From contig JAVYPJ010000002.1 of NCBI GenBank assembly GCA_038733315.1, forward strand, positions 96,001 to 160,000: 64,000 nucleotides of DNA, written 5' to 3'. The notes below the pieces were generated by a model, which saw only the letters and a program-made list of their open reading frames with translations, did not search any database and was not told the origin of the DNA. How positions within the stretch are numbered: the first letter of the stretch is position 1; the number at the start of each line of letters is the position of its first letter. Made by a program: the position numbers and the translations under genes. This document shows, piece after piece, positions 50,370-59,457 of the stretch. The stretch is from Candidatus Aenigmatarchaeota archaeon. GTDB taxonomy: Archaea; Aenigmatarchaeota; Aenigmatarchaeia; CG10238-14; SpSt-28.

Positions 50370-51419
50370 ATGAAAAGATGTAAAAAATGGTTAGAATGGG
50401 GAGAATATTCAGTACTTTTTGAAAATCCGTTTAAATCATTTTTCACAATATTAAACAAAAAAAGATTAGTAGGGGAATATCCAAAACTTCTTAATTTTTT
50501 TATAACATGGAAATGTAATTTGAGATGTAGGTTATGTAACATATGGAAACTTAAAGATAAAACTGAGATACCACCAAAAAAAGTTTCTGAAATTTTTTCT
50601 CAAAAAACACTAAAAAAATTAAAATTAGTTAAAATTAGCGGTGGAGAACCTACGCTACATTCAAATTTTTTAGATATAATAAAAATTATTAAAAGCAGCT
50701 TACCAAAAACGTTAATAGTAGTTAGTACTAATGGCTTTCCATTTCAAAGAGTAAAGGGAATAATTGAAAAAAGTATAGAAATAAATCCAGAAATAATATT
50801 TTCTATTTCCATAGATGGGATTGGAAAAACTCATGATAATATGAGAGGTATAGAAAACAGTTTTTCTGAAATAATGAAAACAATAAAATTTTTGAAGAAT
50901 ATAGAGGAAAAAACTAAGAATGTGAATCTAAGATTAAGCTTTACTATTTCTCCATGGAATTATAGAGATTTGGAAAAGGTAATTTTTTTAGCTAAAAGAT
51001 TAAATACGTATATTGGAATTAGATTTTTTCAAACAAGTAAGCATATGTATGGAAACAACACAGCTTTAAGAGAATTGTACATAGATAAAAACTTGTTATT
51101 TTACGTTAACAAAACTCTAAGAAAACTTGGCTTAAATACTTTTCAGAAAAACATTGTTTTTAATTTAGTTTTTAAAAGAAAATTAATTTGCACAGCATTT
51201 ACAAATTCTCTATGTATAACACCAGATGCATATGTTAAGTATTGCATCTATTCCGAAAAACTTTTTATGGCTAATAAGCTCGACGAATTATGGAACTCCA
51301 AACAATCTAAAATTATACGAAAAAAGATGTATAATTGCAATTTTTGCTGGACTGATTGTCAATCTATTCCAGATATTATATCTCTGCCCTATTTATTAAA
51401 GATTGGTAAACTTTATTAA
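50370..51419 (+). CDS. radical SAM protein with C-terminal SPASM/twitch-like cysteines
   Basis: CNLRCRLC, SGGEP, STNG, SIDG, C-terminal C..C..CNFCWTDC. Confidence 0.85.
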   Translation: MKRCKKWLEWGEYSVLFENPFKSFFTILNKKRLVGEYPKLLNFFITWKCNLRCRLCNIWKLKDKTEIPPKKVSEIFSQKTLKKLKLVKISGGEPTLHSNFLDIIKIIKSSLPKTLIVVSTNGFPFQRVKGIIEKSIEINPEIIFSISIDGIGKTHDNMRGIENSFSEIMKTIKFLKNIEEKTKNVNLRLSFTISPWNYRDLEKVIFLAKRLNTYIGIRFFQTSKHMYGNNTALRELYIDKNLLFYVNKTLRKLGLNTFQKNIVFNLVFKRKLICTAFTNSLCITPDAYVKYCIYSEKLFMANKLDELWNSKQSKIIRKKMYNCNFCWTDCQSIPDIISLPYLLKIGKLY

Positions 51420-52104
51420 TTAAGTCTTTAACATAGTCTTTATCTTTTTCTTCTAATCCAAAAAAACTAATAAATATCTCTGAAACCTTTTCTTTATTTT
51501 CATGTATTATCATTTCTTTTAATTTTTCATTCAAGGAATCTTCTAATTTTTCATCTATACCACTTATTTCAACTAAGGTAAAGTATTTCATAATTTCTTC
51601 AAAAAGGTTTGAATTCATATACTTAAGTTCTTCGAGCATTTCCTTTCTTATTTTATCTCTTTTTTCGTTATAAACTATTTTATCTTTTCCATAATCTATT
51701 GGGCAAGAGATGATGTGAAAAAATAATTCTTTTTCATTTTTTAAATTATATTTTTTCATAAACTCGCTAACTTCGTTAAAATTTTTTGCAAACCATTCTC
51801 CATAAATTACATAAATTTTATTATATTGCCTTTCTAGAACGCTTGGGATTCTTATTAACGATGAAAAATCACTAAGGGAAAGCTTAAGAATATATACATA
51901 TAACACATTCTTCCAATCATTTTTTTCAATCCCATTTTCTAAAAGAAGTTTAAATATATTTTTAATTTCTTCAGCGTCTTTAGCTCCTTCGATTTTTCTG
52001 AAAATCTCCTCTACTTTTTCCCGTATTTTCGGTGTTACGATTTTTTCTTTATCATTTTCTATAATTTTTTTAAAGATTTCTCGATGTAATTTTGAAACCA
52101 CCAT
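51376..52104 (-). CDS. hypothetical helical protein
   Basis: 242-aa ORF; no motif recognised. Confidence 0.6.
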   Translation of the reverse strand: MVVSKLHREIFKKIIENDKEKIVTPKIREKVEEIFRKIEGAKDAEEIKNIFKLLLENGIEKNDWKNVLYVYILKLSLSDFSSLIRIPSVLERQYNKIYVIYGEWFAKNFNEVSEFMKKYNLKNEKELFFHIISCPIDYGKDKIVYNEKRDKIRKEMLEELKYMNSNLFEEIMKYFTLVEISGIDEKLEDSLNEKLKEMIIHENKEKVSEIFISFFGLEEKDKDYVKDLINKVYQSLINRAEI

Positions 52105-52150
52105 TAAAATCTGTATTTTTTAGATTTAAATTTTTTGTCCACGAATAATT

Positions 52151-52732
52151 ATGAAAGCTTATGATTTAAAATCGAATACCTTTACACTTTTTAACGATAG
52201 TGAAAATTTACACTCCTTATTAAAAAGAGAATTTATGCTAAGTGATGAAGATGTTGATGTAGTAGCGAAAGAAATACATAAGACATTGAAAAGTTTTAAA
52301 AAAAGCGATAGAGCAAAATCATCTAAAATTATATTAGAAATTCTTAACTATGTTAAAAAATTTCGCTTAATCGGAAATAGTGCCGCTAAAGCCTTATGCA
52401 TACTTCTATGTAATTATAGAAAAAAGAGAAAGTTTGTACCAATACAATATGCTACATTAAAGTTTCTCATAGATGAAGGAAATCTTAGATATAGTATAGT
52501 AAACGATATAATTGGGGGGTTTATCGAAGTTTATGTAGGCGGAAATAAACGATACGAAATATCTACAAAATATATGAGAGAAATACTAAAAAAATATGGT
52601 TTAAAAATGAGGGGCAGGATCCCTAATTATATATTAGAAAATATAATAAGTGATATACACAACTGCGGATATCGATATTTAGAAAAAGTAAATAGAAGAA
52701 GAAATGTAGTTTATCGATTTGTAGAGAAATAA
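52151..52732 (+). CDS. hypothetical basic protein, possible C-terminal winged-helix
   Basis: 193-aa ORF; weak resemblance to the 4364..5029 product. Confidence 0.6.
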   Translation: MKAYDLKSNTFTLFNDSENLHSLLKREFMLSDEDVDVVAKEIHKTLKSFKKSDRAKSSKIILEILNYVKKFRLIGNSAAKALCILLCNYRKKRKFVPIQYATLKFLIDEGNLRYSIVNDIIGGFIEVYVGGNKRYEISTKYMREILKKYGLKMRGRIPNYILENIISDIHNCGYRYLEKVNRRRNVVYRFVEK

Positions 52733-52740
52733 TTTCATTT

Positions 52741-52824
52741 CGCCGGGGGTGGGATTCGAACCCACGCGGGCATAAAGCCCACCGGTTTAGCAGACCGGCG
52801 CCTTGGCCACTTGGCTACCCCGGC
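52741..52824 (-). tRNA. tRNA-Ser(GCT)
   Basis: Minus strand GCCGGGG...CCGGT-CT GCT AA-ACCGG, long variable arm, G73. Confidence 0.96.
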
Positions 52825-52826
52825 AT

Positions 52827-53411
52827 TTATTCTATACAACAATCAATTATTTTCTTAATTATTTTTTTAATTCCCGAAATTTTTTCTTCTTTTCCACTTT
52901 CTTCCTTTACTTTCTCTTCCTTTTCCTTTTCTTTCTCAATAATATTTTTTATTTCTTCATCCATATCTATTTCTTTCTTAACTTCTTTAAGATTAAACAT
53001 TCCTAAGTTTAAAGCCCAAAATAACGTATATGTTGTATACGCTTTTCCAAAATATTCATAAGCTTTTTCTTTATTTTCAGAAGTTAAAAGTTTTGTTCCA
53101 ACTTCGTTTAATCTCATCGTAGCTGCTAATAAATGTTTTGAAATACACCAAGCTTCAGCTCCCTCTTCATAATTTTTTACAATTTCCTTCATTAGATTTT
53201 TTCTCAACTCTCTAACTTCTTTTAATATTTCATAATACTTAATATTTCCGGTTTTTGCCCCACTCATGAACAGATGTTCCTCAATTGATATTAAATTCAT
53301 TATAGCAAAAGATAAATCTTCATCCTTAGAAATATCTAGCTTTATTTTTTCATCCTTTAGCTTTTCCATTATTTTTTTGTACATTCTTTCTAAGTTTTTT
53401 CTTCCTTTCAT
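52827..53411 (-). CDS. hypothetical helical protein with C-terminal CC motif
   Basis: MNLISIEEH, WCISKHLL, terminal IDCCIE; overlaps upstream gene by 4 nt. Confidence 0.75.
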   Translation of the reverse strand: MKGRKNLERMYKKIMEKLKDEKIKLDISKDEDLSFAIMNLISIEEHLFMSGAKTGNIKYYEILKEVRELRKNLMKEIVKNYEEGAEAWCISKHLLAATMRLNEVGTKLLTSENKEKAYEYFGKAYTTYTLFWALNLGMFNLKEVKKEIDMDEEIKNIIEKEKEKEEKVKEESGKEEKISGIKKIIKKIIDCCIE

Positions 53412-53863
53412 ATTAATATGTTAAACTTCAGAGAAAAATATATTATTAGAGTTATTAAAATAATAAAGACCATCGGAATTATTATCTTTTGAAACTTGAA
53501 TAAAACCTTACCATTATTTTTCTTCAATAGATAATCGTTAAACATTTCAGAAGATATAATTACTAAAACTCCAAATAAATTTCCTATCATTATTTTATCA
53601 AAAAACCAAATGTAGGGATGATATTCTAATATATTAAAATAGTATAGCGGATAAAGATTAGCGATAAATAAGCTAAAGAATATAATCGGTTTTCTAAATA
53701 AAAATTTTATCCTTTTTTTGTCAAGCCATTTTATTAGTATTATAAAAAAAATCATTATTAAAGCACCTAACCATAAACCAAAAATCATATCATCTAAGCC
53801 AAAGTACTTCGAAAATATGCTTCCACCTAATATTAATGGTGGACAAATTGCTGGACAAACCAT
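53408..53863 (-). CDS. membrane protein with N-terminal CPxxC
   Basis: MVCPAICPP, GLDD..GLWLG, 4-5 TMs, LFKFQK. Confidence 0.75.
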   Translation of the reverse strand: MVCPAICPPLILGGSIFSKYFGLDDMIFGLWLGALIMIFFIILIKWLDKKRIKFLFRKPIIFFSLFIANLYPLYYFNILEYHPYIWFFDKIMIGNLFGVLVIISSEMFNDYLLKKNNGKVLFKFQKIIIPMVFIILITLIIYFSLKFNILI

Positions 53864-53908
53864 AAATTAAAAGATTTGTTTAATAATACTTAATAAATGT
53901 TTTTACTT

Positions 53909-53979
53909 TGCGCCGGCCGGGATTCGAACCCGGGCTACCGGCTTGGCAAGCCGGTGTCCTACCACTAGACTACCGGCGC
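53909..53979 (-). tRNA. tRNA-Gly(GCC)
   Basis: Minus strand GCGCCGG...CCGGC-TT GCC AA-GCCGG...CCGGCGC-A. Confidence 0.97.
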
Positions 53980-54016
53980 ATATAAAAATATTTATATTAG
54001 AAGAAATCTAAAGAAA

Positions 54017-57000
54017 TCAACTTTCAATTTCTGGCTTTGGAATTTCTTCTCTCAAACCCTTTCTCTTTCTTATTGATAGCACTGTTTTTTCAAAAAGTTC
54101 TTTTGGTAATTCTTCATATGTTACCTCTAATATGCTATAGAACGCCTTTCCACTAGTTGCACTCTTTAAAGTAGCATCTAAACCAAAAGACTCACTAACA
54201 GGTATTTTTGCAATTACTATTCCAGCTCCACTTTCTTCTTTTATTTCTAAGATTTGTGACCTCCTTCTTTGTAACTCGTTAACAACATCTCCAACCATTT
54301 CATAAGGTATATCAACTCTAATAATTTGCTTTGGTTCGTATAGTGTTGGATTAGAAAGTAACATAGCTTGTCTAATTCCCCATTTAAAAGCCGGAATAAT
54401 TTGTGCAGGGCCTCTGTGAACAGTATCTTCATGTAATTCAGCATCTATAATCTTTACCTTTAGTTTCATACATGGCTCCCTTGCTAAAGGTCCATCTTCC
54501 ATACTTTCTTCGAATGCTCTTATTACCATCTCTATAACTTCATTCATAAATTGAACACCCTTAGTTAAATCGATTAGAACATTTTTATTATGTATAGCTA
54601 CGATGTTTTTAGCATCTTCTCTATCCATACCTAAGCTAATAAGTTTTTCTATTAGTTTCGGATCTTTCTTTGTTTTTAGGTAAAGATGCTCTGGTAATTC
54701 TCCTTTAACAAATGCTTCGTAAACACTATCTTCTAAAGGTTCGACAATTATGTAGAATCGATTGTGTTTGTTAGGACTTTTAGCTTCTACTGGATTTAAA
54801 GTTTTAGAATTTACAGTTTCTTTATAAACAACAATAGGATTAGAGACTATTATATCAAACCCCATTTCTTTTAACTTCCTTTCAACCTTAGCCTCTATAT
54901 GTAATTCACCCAATCCACTAACCAAATATTCTCCTGTTTCAGTGTTTATTTTTACTTTTAAAACGCTATCTTCTTTTGCGATTTTTTGTAGTGCTTCAAC
55001 TAATTTAGTTAGATCTTGTGGATTTTTTGGTTCTATGGTTTTTGTAACTACAGGTTCAAAAATGTGTTTTATCTCTACAAAAGGTGTAATAATTTCGTCT
55101 GGTTCACAAATAGTTTCTCCAGTAAACGCTTCTGGAATTCCGATTATCGCTACAATATTTCCAGCTAAGACTTCATCTACTGATATTCTTTTAATTCCTT
55201 TATATATTGCTACTTGCTGAACTTTTGCAATTTTCTGATTAGAAACAAGATAAACATCTTTTCCTTTTTGTATCTTACCACTAAAAATTCTTGCAGTAGC
55301 TACAAAACCAACATGCGGATCTGGAACAGTTTTAGTAACAATAGCTGCTAATTTTCCGTTAGAATTAACTTCAAGCATATCTTTACCATAAGTACTATTC
55401 AAATCTCCAGACCAAATTTTTTCCAATCTGTATTTAATTGCTTCTTTAGGACTAGGTAGATGTTTGATTATCATATCTAAAACGACTTTATGCATAGGAG
55501 CTTTTTTTGCTAATTCATCTTGTTGATCGCTTAAAACCATGTCTATAATATCTTTAAAAGTTATTCCAGTCTCTTGCATATATGGCAAAGAAATTGCCCA
55601 TCTTTGTTTAGCGGAGCCAAAAGCTACACTACCATTTTGAACGCTAACATACCATTTATTTCTAAACTGCTCTTCTGCATATTTTTGAATAACTATATTT
55701 ACTTCTTTTATTAATTTTTCAAATCTTTCCATCATTTGCTGCGGAGTTAATTTAACCTCTTTTATTAATCTATCAACTTTATTTATAAATAACACTGGTT
55801 TAACTCTTTCTCTTAATGCTTGCCTAAAAACTGTTTCTGTCTGAGGCATTATACCTTCTACCGCACAAATTAATACAATAGTTCCATCTACAGCTCTCAT
55901 TGCTCTAGTAACGTCGCCACCAAAATCAACATGCCCAGGAGTATCTACTAAGTTTATTAGATAATCCTTACCTTTATAATTATGAATCATAGAAACGTTT
56001 GCACCATAAATTGTTAGTTGTCTTTCTCTTTCTTGCTCATCAAACCATGTATACATTATTTTACCCGCTAATTCCTCAGCAAGCATTCCAGCACCTGCCA
56101 TTAGGTTATCTGTTAGGGTTGTATTGTGAACAAAAATACCATTTGCAATGAAGTTATGCGTTTTTTCTACGCTAAAATCATACACATACTTTTCATTTTT
56201 AATTTTCTTAATTTCCGAAATTTCTAAAGCAATTATAGGATTTTCTGAAGTTTGAACAAAACAGCTAAAATTAAAAATTTTGCTAACTCTAGCATTTTCG
56301 TATAAACTCAATAAGTTTTTTTGCTTGTGTTCAACACCAAAACCTATACAAGCCAAAAACTTCTCTAAATCTCTTTTTCCAGAAACGCTTAAATAATACT
56401 CTTTAAAAACTTTTCCATTTAATTTAACTTCTTTTTCTCTTATATAGGAAAGGCAACCAAATCTTAACAATAATAGCTGAAGGCCTTCTAATGCTTTTTC
56501 GCTTGCAGAAGAGATACTAACTTTTTGATCTACAAAACCATCTGTATCAAAATATCCTTTAATAAAACTCGAAACAAAACTTTTTGGTAAATTGAATAAG
56601 ATTGTTGGAATTCTTAAATTTCTAGCTTTTGTTCTTAGTGGATAATCAAAGAGCTTATTTAATAAAATTTTTAGAGTCATTCCACCATTTATATACATGC
56701 GTGGACATCTATTTTTATATTTTCTTAAAGAGCATGTTATTCCTAATACTCTTTTAGAAATTTCTTTAATTTTGTTAAGCAAAAATTCGTTTTTATTGTC
56801 AAAAGTTATATTAACACTTCCATCTCCGAATAACAAACCTAAAAAGTAAAAAAACTCCTCAAACTCATTTTCATTTTTTGGTAACTTAACTTTTTTTGAA
56901 GTTTTAGATCCAAATCTTTTTATACCTCTTCTATAAGATAAATACTCTATGTTATCGTAAACATTAGCAAGATTTATTCCAAAAAGCTTTGCAATCTTTA

Positions 57001-57679
57001 CTAAATCAGCTAATCTATATCTATTTTTCCAAACGCCATGATAAAACGAATCTATAGAAATTTGAGAACTTATTTTTTCCCATACAGCTTTAATATCATA
57101 GTTAATTATTTTTTGATGCAAATCTTTTCCAAAATTCGGAGATAAATAAGCTAGGAAACCATAATCTTCTGATAGTCTTTCTAAGATTTTTTCTTTTATA
57201 GCATCCAAACTCATTGAATAATTTGGTATTATAGCTGGAAGGATTAATTTATCTCCAATTTTCAGATTCTTTGCTTCAATCTCAACAATTTTATTATCTT
57301 TCAAAACAAGGAATTTATGTTCTGGAGTAACTTTAACTTTTCTACCGTCTTTTGTTTTTATTTCTAATAGCATATCATCGTTTTTTATTTTCCAAACGTG
57401 TGTTAACCTACTTCTAGAAATAGAACCGTTGTTATAAGTTAAAGCATATATCTCATCTAAAACTTCATATACCTCTTCGCTCTCGTCTTTTTTCACCAAT
57501 TTTCCTCTATTCTTTAACAAATTAAATAGTTCCTTAGCTGCTATAGTTTCCTTTTCTAAAAATACTATAGCATCGCCACTAACGCATTTTCCATGATGAA
57601 CATGTGAAGATGTAGCAACATTTCTAATTCTTTCTGGATCTTTCATCACTTCTTTAATTCTTTCTATCATTTCTGCCAT
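54017..57679 (-). CDS. fusA: elongation factor EF-2 precursor with intein (732-aa extein)
   Basis: DTPGHVDFGG, NKVD, GLGELH, SPNKHNR, diphthamide loop HRGPAQ. Confidence 0.97.
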   Translation of the reverse strand: MAEMIERIKEVMKDPERIRNVATSSHVHHGKCVSGDAIVFLEKETIAAKELFNLLKNRGKLVKKDESEEVYEVLDEIYALTYNNGSISRSRLTHVWKIKNDDMLLEIKTKDGRKVKVTPEHKFLVLKDNKIVEIEAKNLKIGDKLILPAIIPNYSMSLDAIKEKILERLSEDYGFLAYLSPNFGKDLHQKIINYDIKAVWEKISSQISIDSFYHGVWKNRYRLADLVKIAKLFGINLANVYDNIEYLSYRRGIKRFGSKTSKKVKLPKNENEFEEFFYFLGLLFGDGSVNITFDNKNEFLLNKIKEISKRVLGITCSLRKYKNRCPRMYINGGMTLKILLNKLFDYPLRTKARNLRIPTILFNLPKSFVSSFIKGYFDTDGFVDQKVSISSASEKALEGLQLLLLRFGCLSYIREKEVKLNGKVFKEYYLSVSGKRDLEKFLACIGFGVEHKQKNLLSLYENARVSKIFNFSCFVQTSENPIIALEISEIKKIKNEKYVYDFSVEKTHNFIANGIFVHNTTLTDNLMAGAGMLAEELAGKIMYTWFDEQERERQLTIYGANVSMIHNYKGKDYLINLVDTPGHVDFGGDVTRAMRAVDGTIVLICAVEGIMPQTETVFRQALRERVKPVLFINKVDRLIKEVKLTPQQMMERFEKLIKEVNIVIQKYAEEQFRNKWYVSVQNGSVAFGSAKQRWAISLPYMQETGITFKDIIDMVLSDQQDELAKKAPMHKVVLDMIIKHLPSPKEAIKYRLEKIWSGDLNSTYGKDMLEVNSNGKLAAIVTKTVPDPHVGFVATARIFSGKIQKGKDVYLVSNQKIAKVQQVAIYKGIKRISVDEVLAGNIVAIIGIPEAFTGETICEPDEIITPFVEIKHIFEPVVTKTIEPKNPQDLTKLVEALQKIAKEDSVLKVKINTETGEYLVSGLGELHIEAKVERKLKEMGFDIIVSNPIVVYKETVNSKTLNPVEAKSPNKHNRFYIIVEPLEDSVYEAFVKGELPEHLYLKTKKDPKLIEKLISLGMDREDAKNIVAIHNKNVLIDLTKGVQFMNEVIEMVIRAFEESMEDGPLAREPCMKLKVKIIDAELHEDTVHRGPAQIIPAFKWGIRQAMLLSNPTLYEPKQIIRVDIPYEMVGDVVNELQRRRSQILEIKEESGAGIVIAKIPVSESFGLDATLKSATSGKAFYSILEVTYEELPKELFEKTVLSIRKRKGLREEIPKPEIES
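56123..57586 (-). mobile_element. 488-aa intein with LAGLIDADG homing endonuclease
   Basis: HGK|CVSGDA ... VTPEH ... LGLLFGDG ... IKGYFDTDG ... VYDFSV..HNFIANGIFVHN|TT. Confidence 0.96.
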
Positions 57680-57709
57680 ACTAATTATTTAGCGAAGAGA
57701 ATAAATTTT

Positions 57710-57901
57710 TTAATAACTTCTCTTTCTCTTCTTATTTCCTACTTTTGTTTGCCAGCTATATTTTCTCCATTTAGCATCTGGATATCCGCAAAAAGAGCAT
57801 CTCTTTTTTCTTATATGATAAGAATTGTGTCCGCACCTTCTACATCTTCTATGTATATCCTTTCTTGACTTTAATCCCAAGCTAGGAGTTCCCTTGGTCA
57901 T
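57710..57901 (-). CDS. rpl37e: 50S ribosomal protein eL37 (L37e)
   Basis: MTKGTPS, CRRCG, CSFCGYP, YSW. Confidence 0.97.
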   Translation of the reverse strand: MTKGTPSLGLKSRKDIHRRCRRCGHNSYHIRKKRCSFCGYPDAKWRKYSWQTKVGNKKRKRSY

Positions 57902-57902
57902 A

Positions 57903-58124
57903 TTAAGCGGTTATTATATAAGTTATAGAATCTCCTCTAACTAATACTTCTTCCACTTTTCTTTTTTCATTTTGAGATGTTATTTCTACATCAAACATCC
58001 ATAGATTTAAGTGTAAATCGGCTGCTTTTAAAGTTCCTATTATTTCCTCACCGCTCTTAAGCTTTACTACTATTTTCTTCTCTTTTGCTTTTTCTAGCGC
58101 ATCTAGAGGTCTGTTGTTCACCAT
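57903..58124 (-). CDS. Sm/LSm RNA-binding protein
   Basis: RPLDAL, DLHLNL, VLVRGD; usual position upstream of rpl37e. Confidence 0.93.
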   Translation of the reverse strand: MVNNRPLDALEKAKEKKIVVKLKSGEEIIGTLKAADLHLNLWMFDVEITSQNEKRKVEEVLVRGDSITYIITA

Positions 58125-58183
58125 ATTTCAATAAAAAATTAAAATATTTAAAGAATATTTAAAGAATTTATCGTTCAAATTAT

Positions 58184-59386
58184 ATGGAGGAAGAAAACAA
58201 AATTAAATTAAAAAGATTAATTAAGGAGCTGGAAAATTATAAAGGCAGAAAAACAGAGTTAATAAGCTATTATTTACCTCCAAACTATGATATAAATTCT
58301 GCAATAGCACAGATTTCTGCAGAAATAGCTACTGCAAGAAATATAAAGAGCGATACAACTAGAAATAACGTAATGAATGCATTAGAAAGAGTAGCTAGTG
58401 CACTAAGAAATTTTAAGAAAATTGGAGACAAAGGTTTAGTAGTTTTTAGCGGAAATATAGGAAAAGGAAAAGATGATTTTAGAGTTTGGATAATAGAGCC
58501 GCCAGAACCTTTAAATCTTAAAATTTATAGATGCGATAATCAATTCTTATTAGAGCCTTTAAAAGAATTGCTTAAAGAAAAGGAAGTTTTTGGATTATTA
58601 GTTTTAGATGCAAAAGAAGCTACCATAGGAATATTAAGGGGTAAAAATATTGAAGTTGTTTATAATGACGAATCAAACGTACCTTCTAAAACGGTTAAAG
58701 GCGGATGGAGTCAGCAAAGATATAAAAGAATTAGGGAACAAGCGTTAGAAGAATGGCTTAAAAAAATTGGGGAAAAAGCATCTCAAATATTTTTGCAGAA
58801 TGAAGTTAAGGGAATTTTAATTGGTGGTCCGGGACCTATAAAAGAAGATTTTTCTAAAAACGATTACTTAGATTATAGATTGAGAGATAAAATAATAGCT
58901 ATAAAAGATGTTGGCTATACAGATGAATATGGTTTACAAGAATTAGTAAATAGAAGCGAAGAAGAATTAAGTCAAACTGAAATAATAAGAGAAAAGAATG
59001 TTTTGAATAAATTTTTTGAAGCTGTTAGTAAAATGCAGAGCAATGTTGTTTATGGAGTAAAAGATGTTCTTAGATATTTGGAAAATGGAGCGTTAGAAGA
59101 GTTAATAATTTCAGAAGATTTTAACTTTGGTAAAATAGAGCTTATTTGTAAATACTGTGGAAATAAAAAAACCATAGAAGCTTTCTTAGATAACTTTGAT
59201 AAAAAATGTGAAAATTGTTCTAATGAAATGGAAATCGAAAATTTTGAGAATTATTTTGACATGATTTTAGAAATTGCGAAAAAATTCAATACAAAAGTTT
59301 ATATAGTTTCCTCTAGAACTTCAGAAGGACAGCAATTTCTGTCTTTTGGTGGGATTGCTGGTTTTAGTAGATTTAGGTTGGAGTAG
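58184..59386 (+). CDS. prf1: peptide chain release factor aRF1 with non-canonical GGW motif
   Basis: TELIS, NIKS, YRCDNQF, KGGWSQQRY, IGGPG, TDEYGLQEL, FGGIAG. Confidence 0.92.
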   Translation: MEEENKIKLKRLIKELENYKGRKTELISYYLPPNYDINSAIAQISAEIATARNIKSDTTRNNVMNALERVASALRNFKKIGDKGLVVFSGNIGKGKDDFRVWIIEPPEPLNLKIYRCDNQFLLEPLKELLKEKEVFGLLVLDAKEATIGILRGKNIEVVYNDESNVPSKTVKGGWSQQRYKRIREQALEEWLKKIGEKASQIFLQNEVKGILIGGPGPIKEDFSKNDYLDYRLRDKIIAIKDVGYTDEYGLQELVNRSEEELSQTEIIREKNVLNKFFEAVSKMQSNVVYGVKDVLRYLENGALEELIISEDFNFGKIELICKYCGNKKTIEAFLDNFDKKCENCSNEMEIENFENYFDMILEIAKKFNTKVYIVSSRTSEGQQFLSFGGIAGFSRFRLE

Positions 59387-59457
59387 GAATTCTAAATCGA
59401 AATGAACACCAAAAAGCATAGAAAACTATATATAGGTGTTATGATTTTTAAATAATT

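Noticed and set aside
52741..52824. Similarity to 3215..3299 as an att-site duplication
   Set aside because: Both are complete Ser isoacceptors with different anticodons, in opposite orientation; no integrase seen.
58184..59386. Stop-codon reassignment linked to the odd aRF1
   Set aside because: TAA, TAG and TGA all terminate conserved genes at expected lengths (e.g. 3128, 1413, 1038).
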